A stretch of 63,497 nt of DNA, filler included, from Octopus bimaculoides (lineage: Eukaryota), in NCBI RefSeq assembly GCF_001194135.2. It is 9 parts of 6 records of this genome, joined end to end, with 100 filler letters (N's around TTAATTAATTAA, not from the genome) between each part and the next. Parts side by side here need not be neighbours in the genome. Positions count along the whole stretch, not along the records: positions 18,696 to 44,094 come from NC_068987.1; positions 44,195 to 46,737 come from NC_068994.1; positions 46,838 to 50,937 come from NC_068994.1; 6 more parts are not named here. One strand, given 5' to 3'. A program made the position numbers and the translations under genes. This document shows positions 36,706 through 50,347 of this stretch, one piece after another; position 1 is the stretch's first letter, and the number at the start of each line of letters is the position of its first letter. The notes beneath the pieces were generated by a model. The model saw nothing but the letters and a program-made list of their open reading frames with translations, did no database searches and was not told where the DNA came from.

Positions 36706-37060
36706 GTTTGACTTTTGCTTAGTATTTGAACAAGTTTCAGGTTCCAATTTCTTTTTCAAGATATTTATACTTGCTCAGTTTTTGGTAGGTTTTGATAGAT
36801 ACATTTATGTCCATTTGTATCGTATCAATGAGGAAGCATGATTTTTGTATGAAGTCTTTCAATATAATCCGGCCTGTTTGCATCTATCTTTCTGTCAGTT
36901 TGAATGGTGAAGTTCCAGATGAATGAGATGTGATCATGTTTGAGCACTGGACATGGTTTATATTCCGACCAGTTTTTATCATGGGGTAGGTACAGGTTTT
37001 TGCAAATTACGCAGTGAATATGTTGTGGTGCTTTATCATAGCTGTTGAGATACATTTTGT
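36627..37060 (-). mobile_element. 3' end of a second R4/Dong-like LINE ending in (TAA)n
   Basis: HIHCVICKNL..ISFIWNFTIQTDRKIDANRPD (RPD nuclease motif), followed on the minus strand by a long (TAA)n at 36627-36702. Confidence 0.8.
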
Positions 37061-37427
37061 TGTTTACATACACATGTTGGGCAGCGGCTGTTCTTTAATA
37101 TGATGGCCTCGTAGTTCCTGTATGTATATATGTAAGTATGTATGTATGTATGTATACATGCTTGTACGTATGCATGTATATATATATGACATGCATCCAC
37201 ATACCAGTGCAGAACATTCATAATACATATAACCACGTTCTACGACCCCCACACAAACAGAAATACGGTCCATATAAGCACATATTTATAAGACATGTAT
37301 AGAAATAAAAGTTTTCCACTAATTCGACCGTGGGTAAGTGACTGCACTACGTGTGAGATAGTATACAGGCCAAGCATGAGGCAAATAGGCTTTTCCTTCT
37401 TACGTAATTAGAATCACTGTCACTTAC

Positions 37428-37503
37428 TTGTTGGCGATTATTAGAATTGAACCAAAAAATAATGTTTCGATGACCAATCGGTCTCGTATTGTGTGACGGA
37501 TGA
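37428..37503 (-). other. Candidate 76-nt exon (coding status unknown)
   Basis: Acceptor ttattaatgccttttAG and donor CAA|gtaagt. Two frames are open. Confidence 0.3.
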
Positions 37504-38124
37504 CTAAAAGGCATTAATAAATAAATGGAATGGATGTTCTCTATGACTTTGTCAGGAAATTAATACAGGTCGCAGAATATAGCACGACGGGGCGTAGTAT
37601 GTGAAATAAATAAAAAAATACATGTTGTGTCAGAATTTTGGATGTAGTCATAGGAATATTATATGAAGAAGTATCTGTGTTGAGTTTGTAAATTTTATAT
37701 TTAATTTGTTTTTGCGGTGAGACATACTATTGTAATTTCTAGCCCAAATCATATATTGTGCTTCCTTTGAATGTGCATTCATTTCGAGTGTATTGTGGTG
37801 GTTCTTTTGATATACGAGTTGCAAAGAATATGTGGGAGTATTATGAGATTTCACATATAAATCTTACAAGTCATTGAAGACATATATAACTGTGTATCTT
37901 CTGATATATATATATATANNNNNNNNNNNNNNNNNNNNNNNNNNNNNNNNNNNNNNNNNNNNNNNNNNNNNNNNNNNNNNNNNNNNNNNNNNNNNNNNNN
38001 NNNNNNNNNNNNNNNNNNNNNNNNNNNNNNNNNNNNNNNNNNNNNNNNNNNNNNNNNNNNNNNNNNNNNNNNNNNNNNNNNNNNNNNNNNNNNNNNNNNN
38101 NNNNNNNNNNNNNNNNNNNNNNNN

Positions 38125-38171
<47 letters not shown>

Positions 38172-38355
38172 GCTTGTATTTATGTATGCATGTTTGTATG
38201 TATTTATGTATGTATGTAAGGGTGGATATATGTATCCACACATACACACACACACACACACACGCACACACACATATATATATGTATACATATACATACT
38301 CGTACACACACGCGCGCAAGCACATTCACACAGACAAACAGATACACAAGCACAT

Positions 38356-38398
<43 letters not shown>

Positions 38399-38527
38399 NN
38401 NNNNNNNNACACCCACACACACACACATACACACACAAGTTTTACCTCATACACTAACAGAAAACTATTCTATTGCTGTCCTGAATGATTGAACATTTAA
38501 TGCTTGAATGCTTATAAATATACGTAC

Positions 38528-38578
38528 CTGAAAATCAGATTCCCTCTTTGCTTTTGTTGCTTTTGATAAGAAACTGAT
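38528..38578 (-). other. Candidate 51-nt exon (coding status unknown)
   Basis: Acceptor ttctgttattttagcAG and donor CAG|gtacgt. Confidence 0.25.
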
Positions 38579-39532
38579 CTGCTAAAATAACAGAATGCAT
38601 TTGCTGTAATATGATTAGCTGTTTATTATATTCTCATGAGGAATTTCCATTGGTTTCTAAAGTATAAAAACGGATTGAATTTACCTCTGCGATATATTTA
38701 TGCTAGCGAGAATGTAGCCAACGAAAGGAACGTAATATCACATAAATCAGGGTAAAAACATCTTAGCTAAATACGATCGAACAAGGAAAAAGCAAATTGG
38801 ACATTGTTACAATGAAATATACTAGCATATCTACAACTATTTCTTTTGTTATGTGGGATGGAGATCAAACAATATACTGACTGCTGTATACTGCTATGAT
38901 TTTATAGCATATATGGTGGAGCTTTCCGAATTTTTCTTGTTATCTGAAAACCCATGAGTAATTTATTCAAAGTAAAATAATTCGGATGTGATATAAAAGC
39001 CGATGGGCAGATGTACACATGCACACGCGTACCAACATGCGCACACACAACTCGTATACTCATACACAGATATATATGCATGAACAAGGAGAGCAAATAA
39101 GAATGATTCAAATCATTTCTATCGTTGCAAAGATATTTTGTTATGCTAACGTAAGAAAATAACAATAAAAATGGGTAAACTTTGGAAATTAATATATGGA
39201 ATGGATAACTAGCGATGTATGGGGAAATGAACATTTCTGATCTGTGGTAACACTAGAACGTTTCACCAAAACTATTCAATGAGTCGTCTCTCATGATTGC
39301 AGTCCTACTTTGCTGTTCAAAAAGGTAGATATTAAAAGTCTAACCTAAGTCGTTGTAGATTCATCATTTTCTTTTTTTTACGTACATATAAAAGTGTCTT
39401 ACTGTCTTGGATATTCTTATGTTAGTTGAAAATACATTAGCGTCATTTCTAATTCAGTGCGTGACTAGGCACTTAGCTGACACCTGATTATAATTATGTA
39501 TATAATTATAGAATATTTTATATATTTTTTTA

Positions 39533-39875
39533 TTCCTTTAATGTTTTCGGTCATTTGACTTCGGCCATGCTGGAGCTCTGCCTTTAGTCGAACAAATCGC
39601 CCTAGGGACTTTTTGCCAAGGTTACGGGAAAGTAAACGCACCAACTTCGCTTGTCAAGTGATGGTGGGGGAACAAACACAGACACACAAATACACACACA
39701 CATATACGTATATATATCGAAAGGGCTTCTTTCAGTTTCCGTCTACCGAATCCATTCAGAATGGATTGGTCGACTCGACCCTATAGTAGACGACACTTGC
39801 CCAAGTTGCGAAGCAATGGGATTGAGCCAGGAACCATGTGGTTGGGGATCAAGTTTCTTACTACACAGCCACTCT
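39533..39875 (-). mobile_element. SINE family A (decayed, near full length)
   Basis: ggtcatttgacttcggccatgctggag..gggcttctttcagtttccgtctacc..gacacttgcccaag..ggaaccatgtggttgg..cacagccact. Confidence 0.8.
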
Positions 39876-40149
39876 TGCGAGATATTTGACATTTATGATT
39901 TCAACCATCATTTATTTACAGTTTTCTTTTCTGGACCTTCGCGCATTTGGAACTGTAACGACTGCACAGTTAGATTTTCGTCTTGGTGTCTTTGTCGGTA
40001 TGAACATGTTGAATGAAAGAATTAGCATGTTGAATGAATAAAATGTTTTTTAGGTGGCATGGGTGTAACTATAAATAATTCTAGTAGCATCGACCTAGTG
40101 TTCACCTCCACTAAATGTGGTAGGTGAAGCGAAATATAATCCTAAAAAC

Positions 40150-41950
40150 AGGTTAAGGCTGGATTAAATTTTGAGCTGATTCCTTAGAAGTATAAGAAAT
40201 TTTGTATTCCACTCATTTCAAGGAGAAAATTCTTAGTTTTAGTGGTATTGAATTAAATTTGATTTATTATTCGTTTTTAGTTTTCATAATTGTTATTCTA
40301 ATAGTCAATAATTTTTCTTACTATAGTAATTGTAATGCGTTTATTTGAATATTTTAAAAGTATATTTTCTTGCATGGAGACACTTTAAGCAATACCCCAT
40401 CAAAATGAATATATTTTGTTACTATCCTTCAGCGACCAAATTAACTTATTTTGGTTCGTATGATTTTTTTATTTCTATTTTTGAAGACATTTTCATGGTT
40501 AGCTAATTTTTATTTAATAAAACACGAACTGGTACCTGTATAGAAATACTTTATGTCTTTTGATGTAACTTTGCAGCTGTAACCGCATTTTTAATCTTAC
40601 ATTCGGAATTTAACGGACATTACCTCTTCTTTCCGCAATCACAGTCATTCGTCTTGTAATTCTATCATTATTTTCTATTTTGGTTTCATTTCTGGTAATC
40701 TCTAACATTTTTTCTCCTATGTTAGAGGATGTTTCTGGGTACTGCACTTTCTGACGTTCTTGCCTTCCCTTCGTAGTATCATTTTGTATTACTTACGGTT
40801 GCTTTCCTTTGATTAGTGACTCCGTCATAGTTATTTTTCGGGTCTCTGTCTTTGTCAATTATATTTATCTCGTTACTATTTATTGCTAATTCATTATTTA
40901 TATTCAGGTTATTACTGGTAGTATTCTCATGAAAATTTCTTAACTTACTTGCGTTGTATGCTACTATAATTTGTATGAGGTTCCGGCTAATAGAAAGTCT
41001 TATTTTGTGTTCATTAAACACTAAAATATTTACTATTTTTTGGAAAATATATTTTCAAATTCTAGTAGAACAATTTTGGAATGCTGGAAAGAATTTGCTT
41101 TCCGAAGGGAATTATATACCACTCGATATTACTTGTTATATTTTGACTAGAGAATTTTGGTGTGGCTGTCTGCAGTTTTAGTTAAGTACCTAGTATAAGT
41201 ATTTAACCTATTTCCCAGCTTTTTATATTTGTCTCGTTTGTCGTTGGAATTCTTATTTATTTGTGTACTTCTAGTGGACTGGTTTTCATAGCAGTTACCT
41301 CCTTTGTCCAAGTACGGCCTGCTAATGTTTCGCGTATTATTTAAGTTACTATTGCGGAAGGATTTTGACCGGCACCAAGTGACTAAAAGCGAACTAATGC
41401 ATATCAATAAAATAAAGAAACTGTGAACTGTCACTAGTTGACAGAGTAGTTCATAGTGCCACAGTTGACGGCGGTAATCGTCTGCATTGGTTAATGTGTT
41501 AGTTTAGTATCGTAACTACGTTTGGAGTAGTACGGAGCGTGTTGTGTGTGAACATATTAATTCTCCGAAATGTTATTCTAGATAACCATATCCAAATATT
41601 TGATTGAGTAATACTATTCGTATACCAAACGTGTACAACTCACGTCATGATAGAGTTACATAATAGCGTATGTGGCCCTCATTCTTTAGAATCACCTCTA
41701 ACGTTCATACTAGTTGGTTTTCTGTGGTTATTTTCCAATTGATCGAACTTACTAATCTTATCTCTCCTCTTCGTCATAAGCTGGCTATTATTTGTCTTGT
41801 TTCCTTTAACTAGTTTACTGCGATTATTTCTATGATTGTGTTTCATAGTACATTCCTTTATTCCATGGGTGTTTTTGTTGTACAATCTTAATTTCCCCCT
41901 ATATCCTGCTTTTCTTAGTGCTATATCATAACTAAAGTAGGACGGCATTC
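40150..41950 (-). mobile_element. Decayed Penelope-like element, 3' part (post-RT linker, Cys-rich segment, GIY-YIG region)
   Basis: ALRKAGYRGKL; NIEWYIIPFGKQ..YFPKNSKY..FNEHKIRLS; Asn-rich linker; CDCGKK..CPLNSECKIKNAV..YFYTG..NHENVFKN..LIWSLKD. Confidence 0.7.
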
Positions 41951-42041
41951 ATAAGTAACAGTTCATCGAGTAGTTTTGGCGAAACGTTCTAATGTTACCA
42001 GGAACCAGAACAATTCATCTCCCCATACATCGTTAGTTATC

Positions 42042-42122
<81 letters not shown>

Positions 42123-43039
42123 NNNNNNNNNNNNNNNNNNNNNNNNNNNNNNNNNNNNNNNNNNNNNNNNNNNNNNNNNNNNNNNNNNNNNNNNNNNNNN
42201 NNNNNNNNNNNNNNNNNNNNNNNNNNNNNNNNNNNNNNNNNNNNNNNNNNNNNNNNNNNNNNNNNNNNNNNNNNNNNNNNNNNNNNNNNNNNNNNNNNNN
42301 NNNNNNNNNNNNNNNNNNNNNNNNNNNNNNNNNNNNNNNNNNNNNNNNNNNNNNNNNNNNNNNNNNNNNNNNNNNNNNNNNNNNNNNNNNNNNNNNNNNN
42401 NNNNNNNNNNNNNNNNNNNNNNNNNNNNNNNNNNNNNNNNNNNNNNNNNNNNNNNNNNNNNNNNNNNNNNNNNNNNNNNNNNNNNNNNNNNNNNNNNNNN
42501 NNNNNNNNNNNNNNNNNNNNNNNNNNNNNNNNNNNNNNNNNNNNNNNNNNNNNNNNNNNNNNNNNNNNNNNNNNNNNNNNNNNNNNNNNNNNNNNNNNNN
42601 NNNNNNNNNNNNNNNNNNNNNNNNNNNNNNNNNNNNNNNNNNNNNNNNNNNNNNNNNNNNNNNNNNNNNNNNNNNNNNNNNNNNNNNNNNNNNNNNNNNN
42701 NNNNNNNNNNNNNNNNNNNNNNNNNNNNNNNNNNNNNNNNNNNNNNNNNNNNNNNNNNNNNNNNNNNNNNNNNNNNNNNNNNNNNNNNNNNNNNNNNNNN
42801 NNNNNNNNNNNNNNNNNNNNNNNNNNNNNNNNNNNNNNNNNNNNNNNNNNNNNNNNNNNNNNNNNNNNNNNNNNNNNNNNNNNNNNNNNNNNNNNNNNNN
42901 NNNNNNNNNNNNNNTTTATCTCAACAAAGAACAGAGTAGTTAATCATTGCATGCACCTCAATTATCAACACAATGATACCTTTTTATTGGTACCTTATTT
43001 ATGCCAGCAGCGAAGAATTCTGGAGAGCAAGTTGTGATG

Positions 43040-43930
43040 AAATCATGAAACGCTGTTTTTGATTCTTCTTCGGAGTTGAAGTTCTTTCCTTGCAAAAAGT
43101 CTATTATCTGGAAAACGAGGTAGTCGGCTGGTGCAAGGTCTGGTGAAAATTACAGAGTACTTCCAAGTTCAGTTCCTGCAATTTTAGTAGCATTTTTCGC
43201 ACAGCATGTGGTGGAGAATTGTTTGCAAGAGAATTGGCCTGTCACTACTGACCAATCTCGGTTGTTTAATTGCAGGTTCACTCATCATTTCATCCAAGTA
43301 GTCGAGGTACACATTCGTTGACTTACGAGGTCTCGGGAAGTTGTAGTGGATGACACCGGCGCTGGGCCACGAGACAGACACCATTAGTTTCTTTTGGTGA
43401 ACATTGCTTTTTAGATTGTGTCTTGCATTTCGTCTCTATCCAAATACCATGCAAATGGCTTGGTTTTGATGAAAAGAATCCATTTTTCACCACAGATAAC
43501 AATGCGATGCTAAAATGGTTCGCTGTTATGCCTTGACGGCCAACACTATAAGTATCAAGACGACGTGTATTTGATGCTCGTTCAGTTCGTATTGTACCCA
43601 CTTGTCCAGCTTCTTTACCTTGCCGATTTCTTTCAGGTGGTCCAATAGAGTTGGAATCGAAACATCAAGCCTTGCTGCTAACTCACGCGTAGTTTGAGAT
43701 ATATCCGCTTCCACTACAATTTCCAGCTCATCTTTCTCTACCTTCGTCTCAGGTCTACCACGGGGTTGATTTTCAAAAGTAAAATAACCAGACCGGAACT
43801 TTTCAAACCATCGACGTACAGTGTGCTCCTTCAGCACATCTTCACCTAACAACTCATTGGTGTTTCGACCTGTCTGCGGTGCATTGGTCACGCGACGGAA
43901 CTCATATTCATCAACGACAAGAATTTTTTA
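43040..43930 (-). mobile_element. Decayed mariner (Mos1/Hsmar-like) transposase
   Basis: RRWFEKFRSGYFTFENQPRGRP..TTRELAARLDVS..LKEIGKVKKLDKWVQYEL (WVP-like). MVSVSWPSAGVIHYNF, DRPILL and DLAPADYLVF remnants. Confidence 0.9.
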
Positions 43931-44769
43931 TCTATCCATAGGTTTAAAAAATATTGATTTAGAAGAGAAAACTCACAATAAAATCAGACATAAGAAATTA
44001 CATTTCGAAAAGTGTTGATGTAACTCTTCAGTGTTGTAAAACAAAGATTTGTCACGATAAAACTTTAAGGTTAATGACTGTCAAACTTGCATGCNNNNNN
44101 NNNNNNNNNNNNNNNNNNNNNNNNNNNNNNNNNNNNNNTTAATTAATTAANNNNNNNNNNNNNNNNNNNNNNNNNNNNNNNNNNNNNNNNNNNNCCTTCT
44201 AGCAACGGTGCAAAGAGAGAGAGAGCAATAGAGATAACAGATTTTTTAAATTTCCTCTTTTTACTGCTCCCTTTATCCACGACTAATTCTCATATTTGCT
44301 GAATCCGTTGCTCTACTCATACCCACATATAGCTGGTTGGCGAGAGGCAAAAACATTATTCTGTTTAGCAAAGGCATCTGGGAAATGTATACCTGCTGTC
44401 ATTCACAGAAAAACTATTGTTTTACAGTGAGAAAAGCGTTGTGGAAGTGTTAAGTAAAATTTGGCAATCGAGGATTGAATCCATGCTATGCCTGCATGAA
44501 GCCACTACAAATACATAGTGGAATAAAAAATTCATCAGCTGTCATGGAAAAAGTGTAAGTGTAAAAATGCAGAATTATTGGAGTAATGGGCATTCAAAAA
44601 AATATGTATGTATAAAAATGTATGCGTGAATTGTTTAATGTTTAAGATTCAAATTAAGGAAGTGCTAAAATAATGTTTGGCAGTTCAAAACTGAGTAGTG
44701 AAATGCAGAATTAGGTCGACTGATCATGGGAATCAAATATTGATCACTTTGCTAAAATCTGCAGGTGGT

Positions 44770-45250
44770 GTGGGTTATTTCCCTTGGGTTGTTTAAATAA
44801 ATATTAGTAATATGTAGTAGATAGAAAGATCCATTGGAAGGGCCCTAGTATCAATTTTTTTTCAACAATATAAGTATGTCAAGAGGTTTCTAGACATGAG
44901 TTCTAATCACGTGTCAAATTAATTATAAAAGTGATATTCTCTGCAAAAATTAGAAATGGGACACATAAAAATCCATATTCTAAGTAATCAAACATAAACA
45001 ATGAAATGGGTTATTTCTCTTGAGTGTTTACAAAAATATTGTACAGGTACTATGGGTTATTTCCTTTGGGTGTTAAAAAAAATAGTTATATGAGGTAGAT
45101 ATAAAGGTCCCTTCCAGGGGCCGTATTATCGATTTTTTCAACAATATAAGTATGTCACGAGGTTTGCAGACATAAGTTCTATTCACGTTCAAGTTTCATC
45201 AAAATCAGTATAACAATGTAGGAGGAGTTAGATAACAATGCCACAAACGC
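44770..45250. repeat. Imperfect ~280-bp tandem repeat
   Basis: gggttatttcc..ttcaacaatataagtatgtca.gaggttt..agacat.agttcta.tcacgt at 44772 and 45053, with a partial unit at 45008. Confidence 0.75.
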
Positions 45251-45374
45251 ACACCGATTTTCCACATGTAGTAGATATATACATATATATATATATATAT
45301 ACATATATATATACATACATATACATATATATATATATATATATATACATACATATATATATAGACATACATAC

Positions 45375-45417
<43 letters not shown>

Positions 45418-45578
45418 NNNNNNNNNNNNNNNNNNNNNNNNNNNNNNNNNNNNNNNNNNNNNNNNNNNNNNNTCTATTCACGTTCAAGTTTCATCAAAAT
45501 CAGTATAACAATGTAGGAGGAGTTAGATAACAATGCCACAAACGCACACCGATTTTCCACATGTAGTAGATATATACA

Positions 45579-45620
<42 letters not shown>

Positions 45621-45622
<2 letters not shown>

Positions 45623-46351
45623 ACTGAAAAAATTTGGAGTCAACAAGAGGGAGTACAGTTGAACATTTATTTTCAATCACTACAATTGTTTCCATGCAAC
45701 ATAGTTCTCCAAGTGTGCAAGTACTTGATTATGCAACAGTTTCCCTGTATTATGAGATCTAGTTGTGTTTCCTCAGGTGATATGTAAATATTGCCTCCAT
45801 AATTTCAAATTCTTACCTTCAAGAACATCCTCTCTGTCTGTTATGGCCTGAATTTAGTAGTAGTCACTGAGTTTATCAAGGAGTGTTGTTGCTGAAGGAC
45901 CATTGGCAAACTATTTTGAATATGTAGATGTAGTGAGATGGTGATTCTGGTACTGTTAAAGTGGTTGCCGTTTTAAAGGGATCAGCATTTGGTTTCTTGT
46001 CAATGGTCCTTGCCTGCAACAGAGAGGATTTCTTGAAGGTGAGAATTTGTACTTACGGATGCAATATTTACATATTGCCTGAGGAAACTGTTATATTGCA
46101 CGTTCAGATGACCTCTACTCAACTACTCTGACGTCAAGACTTCTCCCTCTATATCTACATATTGGGCAAGCCTACTTCATTGTCTGAGGGCGTCGACACA
46201 ACAGAAACACAACTAGATCTTATAATGCAAGGAACTGTTTGCATAATCAAGTACCTGCATTCCTGGGGAACTATATTGCATGGAAACAATTGTAGTGATT
46301 GAAAATAAATGTTCAACTTTACTTCTTGTTGACTCTAAATTTTTTCAATTA
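45621..46351. mobile_element. MITE with ~220-bp inverted arms and ~180-bp spacer
   Basis: taactgaaaaaatttggagtcaacaaga..ttcaatcactacaattgtttccatgcaa..caagaacatcctctctgt is mirrored at 46018-46088 and 46204-46351. Confidence 0.85.
46089..46203. mobile_element. 115-bp solo-LTR-like insertion (TGTT...AACA) with 5-bp TSD gaaac
   Basis: It interrupts only the right MITE arm. gaaac occurs at 46084-46088 and 46204-46208, while the left arm has a single gtttc at the equivalent site. Confidence 0.7.
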
Positions 46352-46688
46352 TCTATTCACACACAACAGATGGCCAAATGCAAACCTGGAAGTATGTATA
46401 ATACTACTACTGGATAGGACAGGGTGAAATCTGAAGATGGACAAGCTTTATACTGTGCTCTATTACGTTCTTAACAGAATATGCCATAACTATATATATA
46501 TGTGTATATATATATGTGTGTGTGTGTGGATATAAATACACACACACACACATGCAAATATATAATATATGTGTGTGTGTGTTTGTGTCTGTATTTGTCT
46601 TCCATCACTGTTTGGCTACAGTCAAGGGTTTTAGTTGAACAAATCGAGTGAAACAAGTAAAAGATAGAAGATAAAAGATGCAAGCATG

Positions 46689-46737
<49 letters not shown>

Positions 46738-46868
46738 NNNNNNNNNNNNNNNNNNNNNNNNNNNNNNNNNNNNNNNNNNNNTTAATTAATTAANNNNNNN
46801 NNNNNNNNNNNNNNNNNNNNNNNNNNNNNNNNNNNNNTATATATAATATATACATATGTATGTATACA

Positions 46869-46906
<38 letters not shown>

Positions 46907-47059
46907 TCACATACACGCGCGCGCGCGTATATGCACTCAAAATGTACTAGAAATGCCCACTCACATTTATACCTATAGTATAACAAAATAAATTATATGT
47001 TACACGACACACACATACACACACACACACACACACACATACACACACACACAGTCACT

Positions 47060-47600
47060 AAGCTGCTCGTAAATCCAAGTGAATTCTAATGAAAAAATCT
47101 TTAAACTGAATATTCGATTCTTTCATCTAAGATTCAAAGAAGTCTCTGGCTGGACTTAAAAATCTTTAATGATAAGGCTATCTTCTACGATCTTAATGCT
47201 TTAAGACTGTTATGTATTATTTAATGTATTGCAGTCCAGTGATAAGGAATAAAGATTTTAATGACTTGTGTGTCTCCAAAGGAAAACCGATCATATCAAC
47301 CTCTCTGACAAGCTCTGACCTGCAAGTGACAGTGGCTTAGATTAAGCTGACATCAAAGAATTGTTCAACACTGAATATCATATTACACCTATATTTTGAG
47401 AGTTTGTTCATTCATACAGAGAATAGCAAAACGGTTGGAAGCAGCTGACATGGTGATAAACGGGGATAATCCTGGGAGTATTAATGACTTAATCATAATG
47501 ACAAGAACAATGAAGGTGACGTAATACATTCCGAAAATTGGCTGGAAATATAGGAAAAGATAATTGATGGCCAGCAATGAGTTAAATATCATTTAGTATT
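47060..47600 (+). mobile_element. Possible very old non-LTR reverse transcriptase remnant
   Basis: KAIFYDLNAL and AADMVINGDN loosely resemble the D-KAFD and YADD motifs; many stops. Confidence 0.25.
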
Positions 47601-47847
47601 GGAAACGGAGTTAGTAGGAGATATAGTGTGCTAAATAAAGGGAGAGAGGAAAGAGGGAGAATGTTAACGTGGCAGAATGTGAGGAATGCTTGAGAATTTC
47701 TAATGGAGAGATAAAGTCTCAGGAATCGAAAGAAGCTAAAGGATCTATGAATACAAATAGATTACAATATGTTGAATGTGTATATATGTAAATTATATAC
47801 ACACACATACATACATACACATATAAACACACATATGCATATACATG

Positions 47848-47897
<50 letters not shown>

Positions 47898-48409
47898 TAT
47901 ATATATATGTGCGTATATGTGTGTGTATGTATGTATGATTTTTTCTTTGAGTCGTACTCAAGTTTTTCTTGAGAGAGTTCAAACCGGTCGCTAACAAAGC
48001 GATAAGGCTATTTGAGTTACGAGAGTTCCCTACGTTTTAGATATGTGATTGAGTTGGTATGTTGAACTGTCTGCCTGTTTGTCTGTATATCTGTATGTAT
48101 TGTCTATCTGTATGAATGTATGAATGAATTCTGTTATATATGCTTATATGAAATTAGTTGAAAATATGATAGACAGCATCACATATTGTTCAAGCAGATA
48201 AGATATACAAAGCATAAGAAAACATTCGTGATGACGATGATGATGATGATATGAAAGAATGTCTTTGCAAACCTTGGGTAATGACGAGTTTGAGTGCCTA
48301 TGTTAAGATGTACGTATGTTTAGAAGTGATGAAATCACAGGTAGATTTTACAACTACACTCCTACACGACAAGCAAGTACAGGTAAACAGATACGCACAC
48401 ACACACACA

Positions 48410-48521
<112 letters not shown>

Positions 48522-49193
48522 TATATACACACGCACAAATTTACACGCGTACAAACACATTCACACACAAAAAATACACATATTCAAGGACACACGTTCA
48601 TTCCGAGAAAATTTACCCTCCATCACTTTTATTAATCAACCCTTTTCCTACGCCATTAAAAAAAAAATGTTCTTCTAACGTCGTATGCGTGCCCGAATCA
48701 ATTAGTAAATTTGAAAATTATTCTTTTTTTTTTTTTTATTCTATGCATAAAAGTATTTCACGCTCTTAATTCACTTCCTTAACAATAGATTTTCACCTTC
48801 AACATCATTTACGGTTGTAAATCCATCAAAGATAATATAGAAGCCACGTATATGCACGTTAGTGTTATTTTATTTGACCGAATTTTGGTTAGCGTTTTAC
48901 AGGATTTCATTTACATTTCATCATTGATTCACTCTAAAACTCGTCAGCTTGATGGGAATTAACGAAACCACAGGATATTGCTGTAAATGTCAGTTTATCG
49001 ACATAAAAACCATTTGATGCTGCGTACGCAGTGTATTGCGCAATCTGTGTTCTTCAGTGCCTACTTTTCTTCACTACAGCAGAATATACTTATTATGCAC
49101 AAATGCACATATCTCTACATATAGACACACTTACATATATGTACGTGTGTGTTTGTTTGTGTATGTGTAAGTATGTAGGTAAATAGATGGATG

Positions 49194-49269
<76 letters not shown>

Positions 49270-50051
49270 CGTGTGGATGTTATGCTTCTCGAGCAGTCTT
49301 ATGTTAATTGAAAGATCACTCAGTAAATTGAAGTAGAAAATGACATTATAGTTTTACCTTGTGAAGCGATAAAGCGCGTCTTCGAAGTTTCAATGGTTGA
49401 TGGTTTCACCACACAATCTAAGGAAAACAAACTTCCTTGAATTTACATATATATATATATATATATANNNNNNNNNNCGTTTATTTGTATGTTATTGTCC
49501 GTACGGTAATATTCTTGTTGCCACTATATTGTTGTCTGATTATCTTTAAATATCCTGCTATCGTTGATAGCTCCGCAAGACAATGACTTTGAAACGTCTA
49601 CCTTGACGGTAACTCGAACTCGTAAATATCACGTAACTGAGGACTCGTACAACGACTCTTCTACTTTATTACCTACATGGGGCTTACAAAGAAGGACGAT
49701 ACAAGGACAGACATATAAGTGGGGGAAAAAAGAAAAAGGAATGGAAAAGACGGATAATGAATAATGAAACATGGAATGAAGGCCACCCGACCCCACATCA
49801 GAGCAACCTCATTTACTTCTTTTGACACACTTTTTTTTACAACATTAATTTTTTAGAAGTTGTTATTGAGTCCAAGGTGATGAAAGGCCACCTTTGGTGG
49901 TAGCTTACTCACGTCTATCCATTTTGCTATGACCACTATCTTCACTGCGATTTTTTTCTTTAATGTAATCCACCCTTCGATGCTTACTATTGCGCGTTCT
50001 ACGCCCTCAGGTCAATGTTTACATTTTGTAACGTCTACCGGTACATGACAC

Positions 50052-50347
50052 GGTAATCTTCAAGTTTAGGGGGATAAAAAAATAAATAAAAATATTCAAG
50101 GGAAATAACTGAACGACTTACCAGTATTATCCGTTTTCTTCTAGCTGTTTATAAATAAATCACACCCTAACCCTAATCCTAACCCTAACCCTAACCCTAA
50201 TCCTAACCCTAACCCTAACCCTAACCCTAACGTCAATCAAATCACGTGTGTGATTTATTTATAAACACAGATGTACGGAGAATACTGGTAAGATGTTCAG
50301 TTACTTCCCTTGAATTTTTTTTTATCCCCCTAAACTTGAAGATTACC
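50052..50347. mobile_element. MITE with ~100-bp TIRs (GGTAATC...GATTACC), central (CCCTAA)11 and 8-bp TSD; Merlin-like
   Basis: ggtaatcttcaagtttagggggataaaa ... ttttatccccctaaacttgaagattacc. Flanks are catgacac (50044-50051) and catgagac (50348-50355). Confidence 0.8.
50165..50230 (-). repeat. Interstitial telomeric array (TTAGGG)11, two units TTAGGA
   Basis: Seen directly. Confidence 0.95.

Noticed and set aside
43995-44040. CUGAAGA...GAAA on the minus strand
   Set aside because: Stems I and II cannot form; chance match.
45176-45620. Identical ~130-bp direct repeat on both sides of a gap
   Set aside because: Perfect identity flanking an N run with a (TA)n inside indicates overlapping contig ends.
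48870-48955. CUGACGA followed by a 5-bp stem II on the minus strand
   Set aside because: GAAA is replaced by GCUA and stem I does not pair; at best a dead relic.
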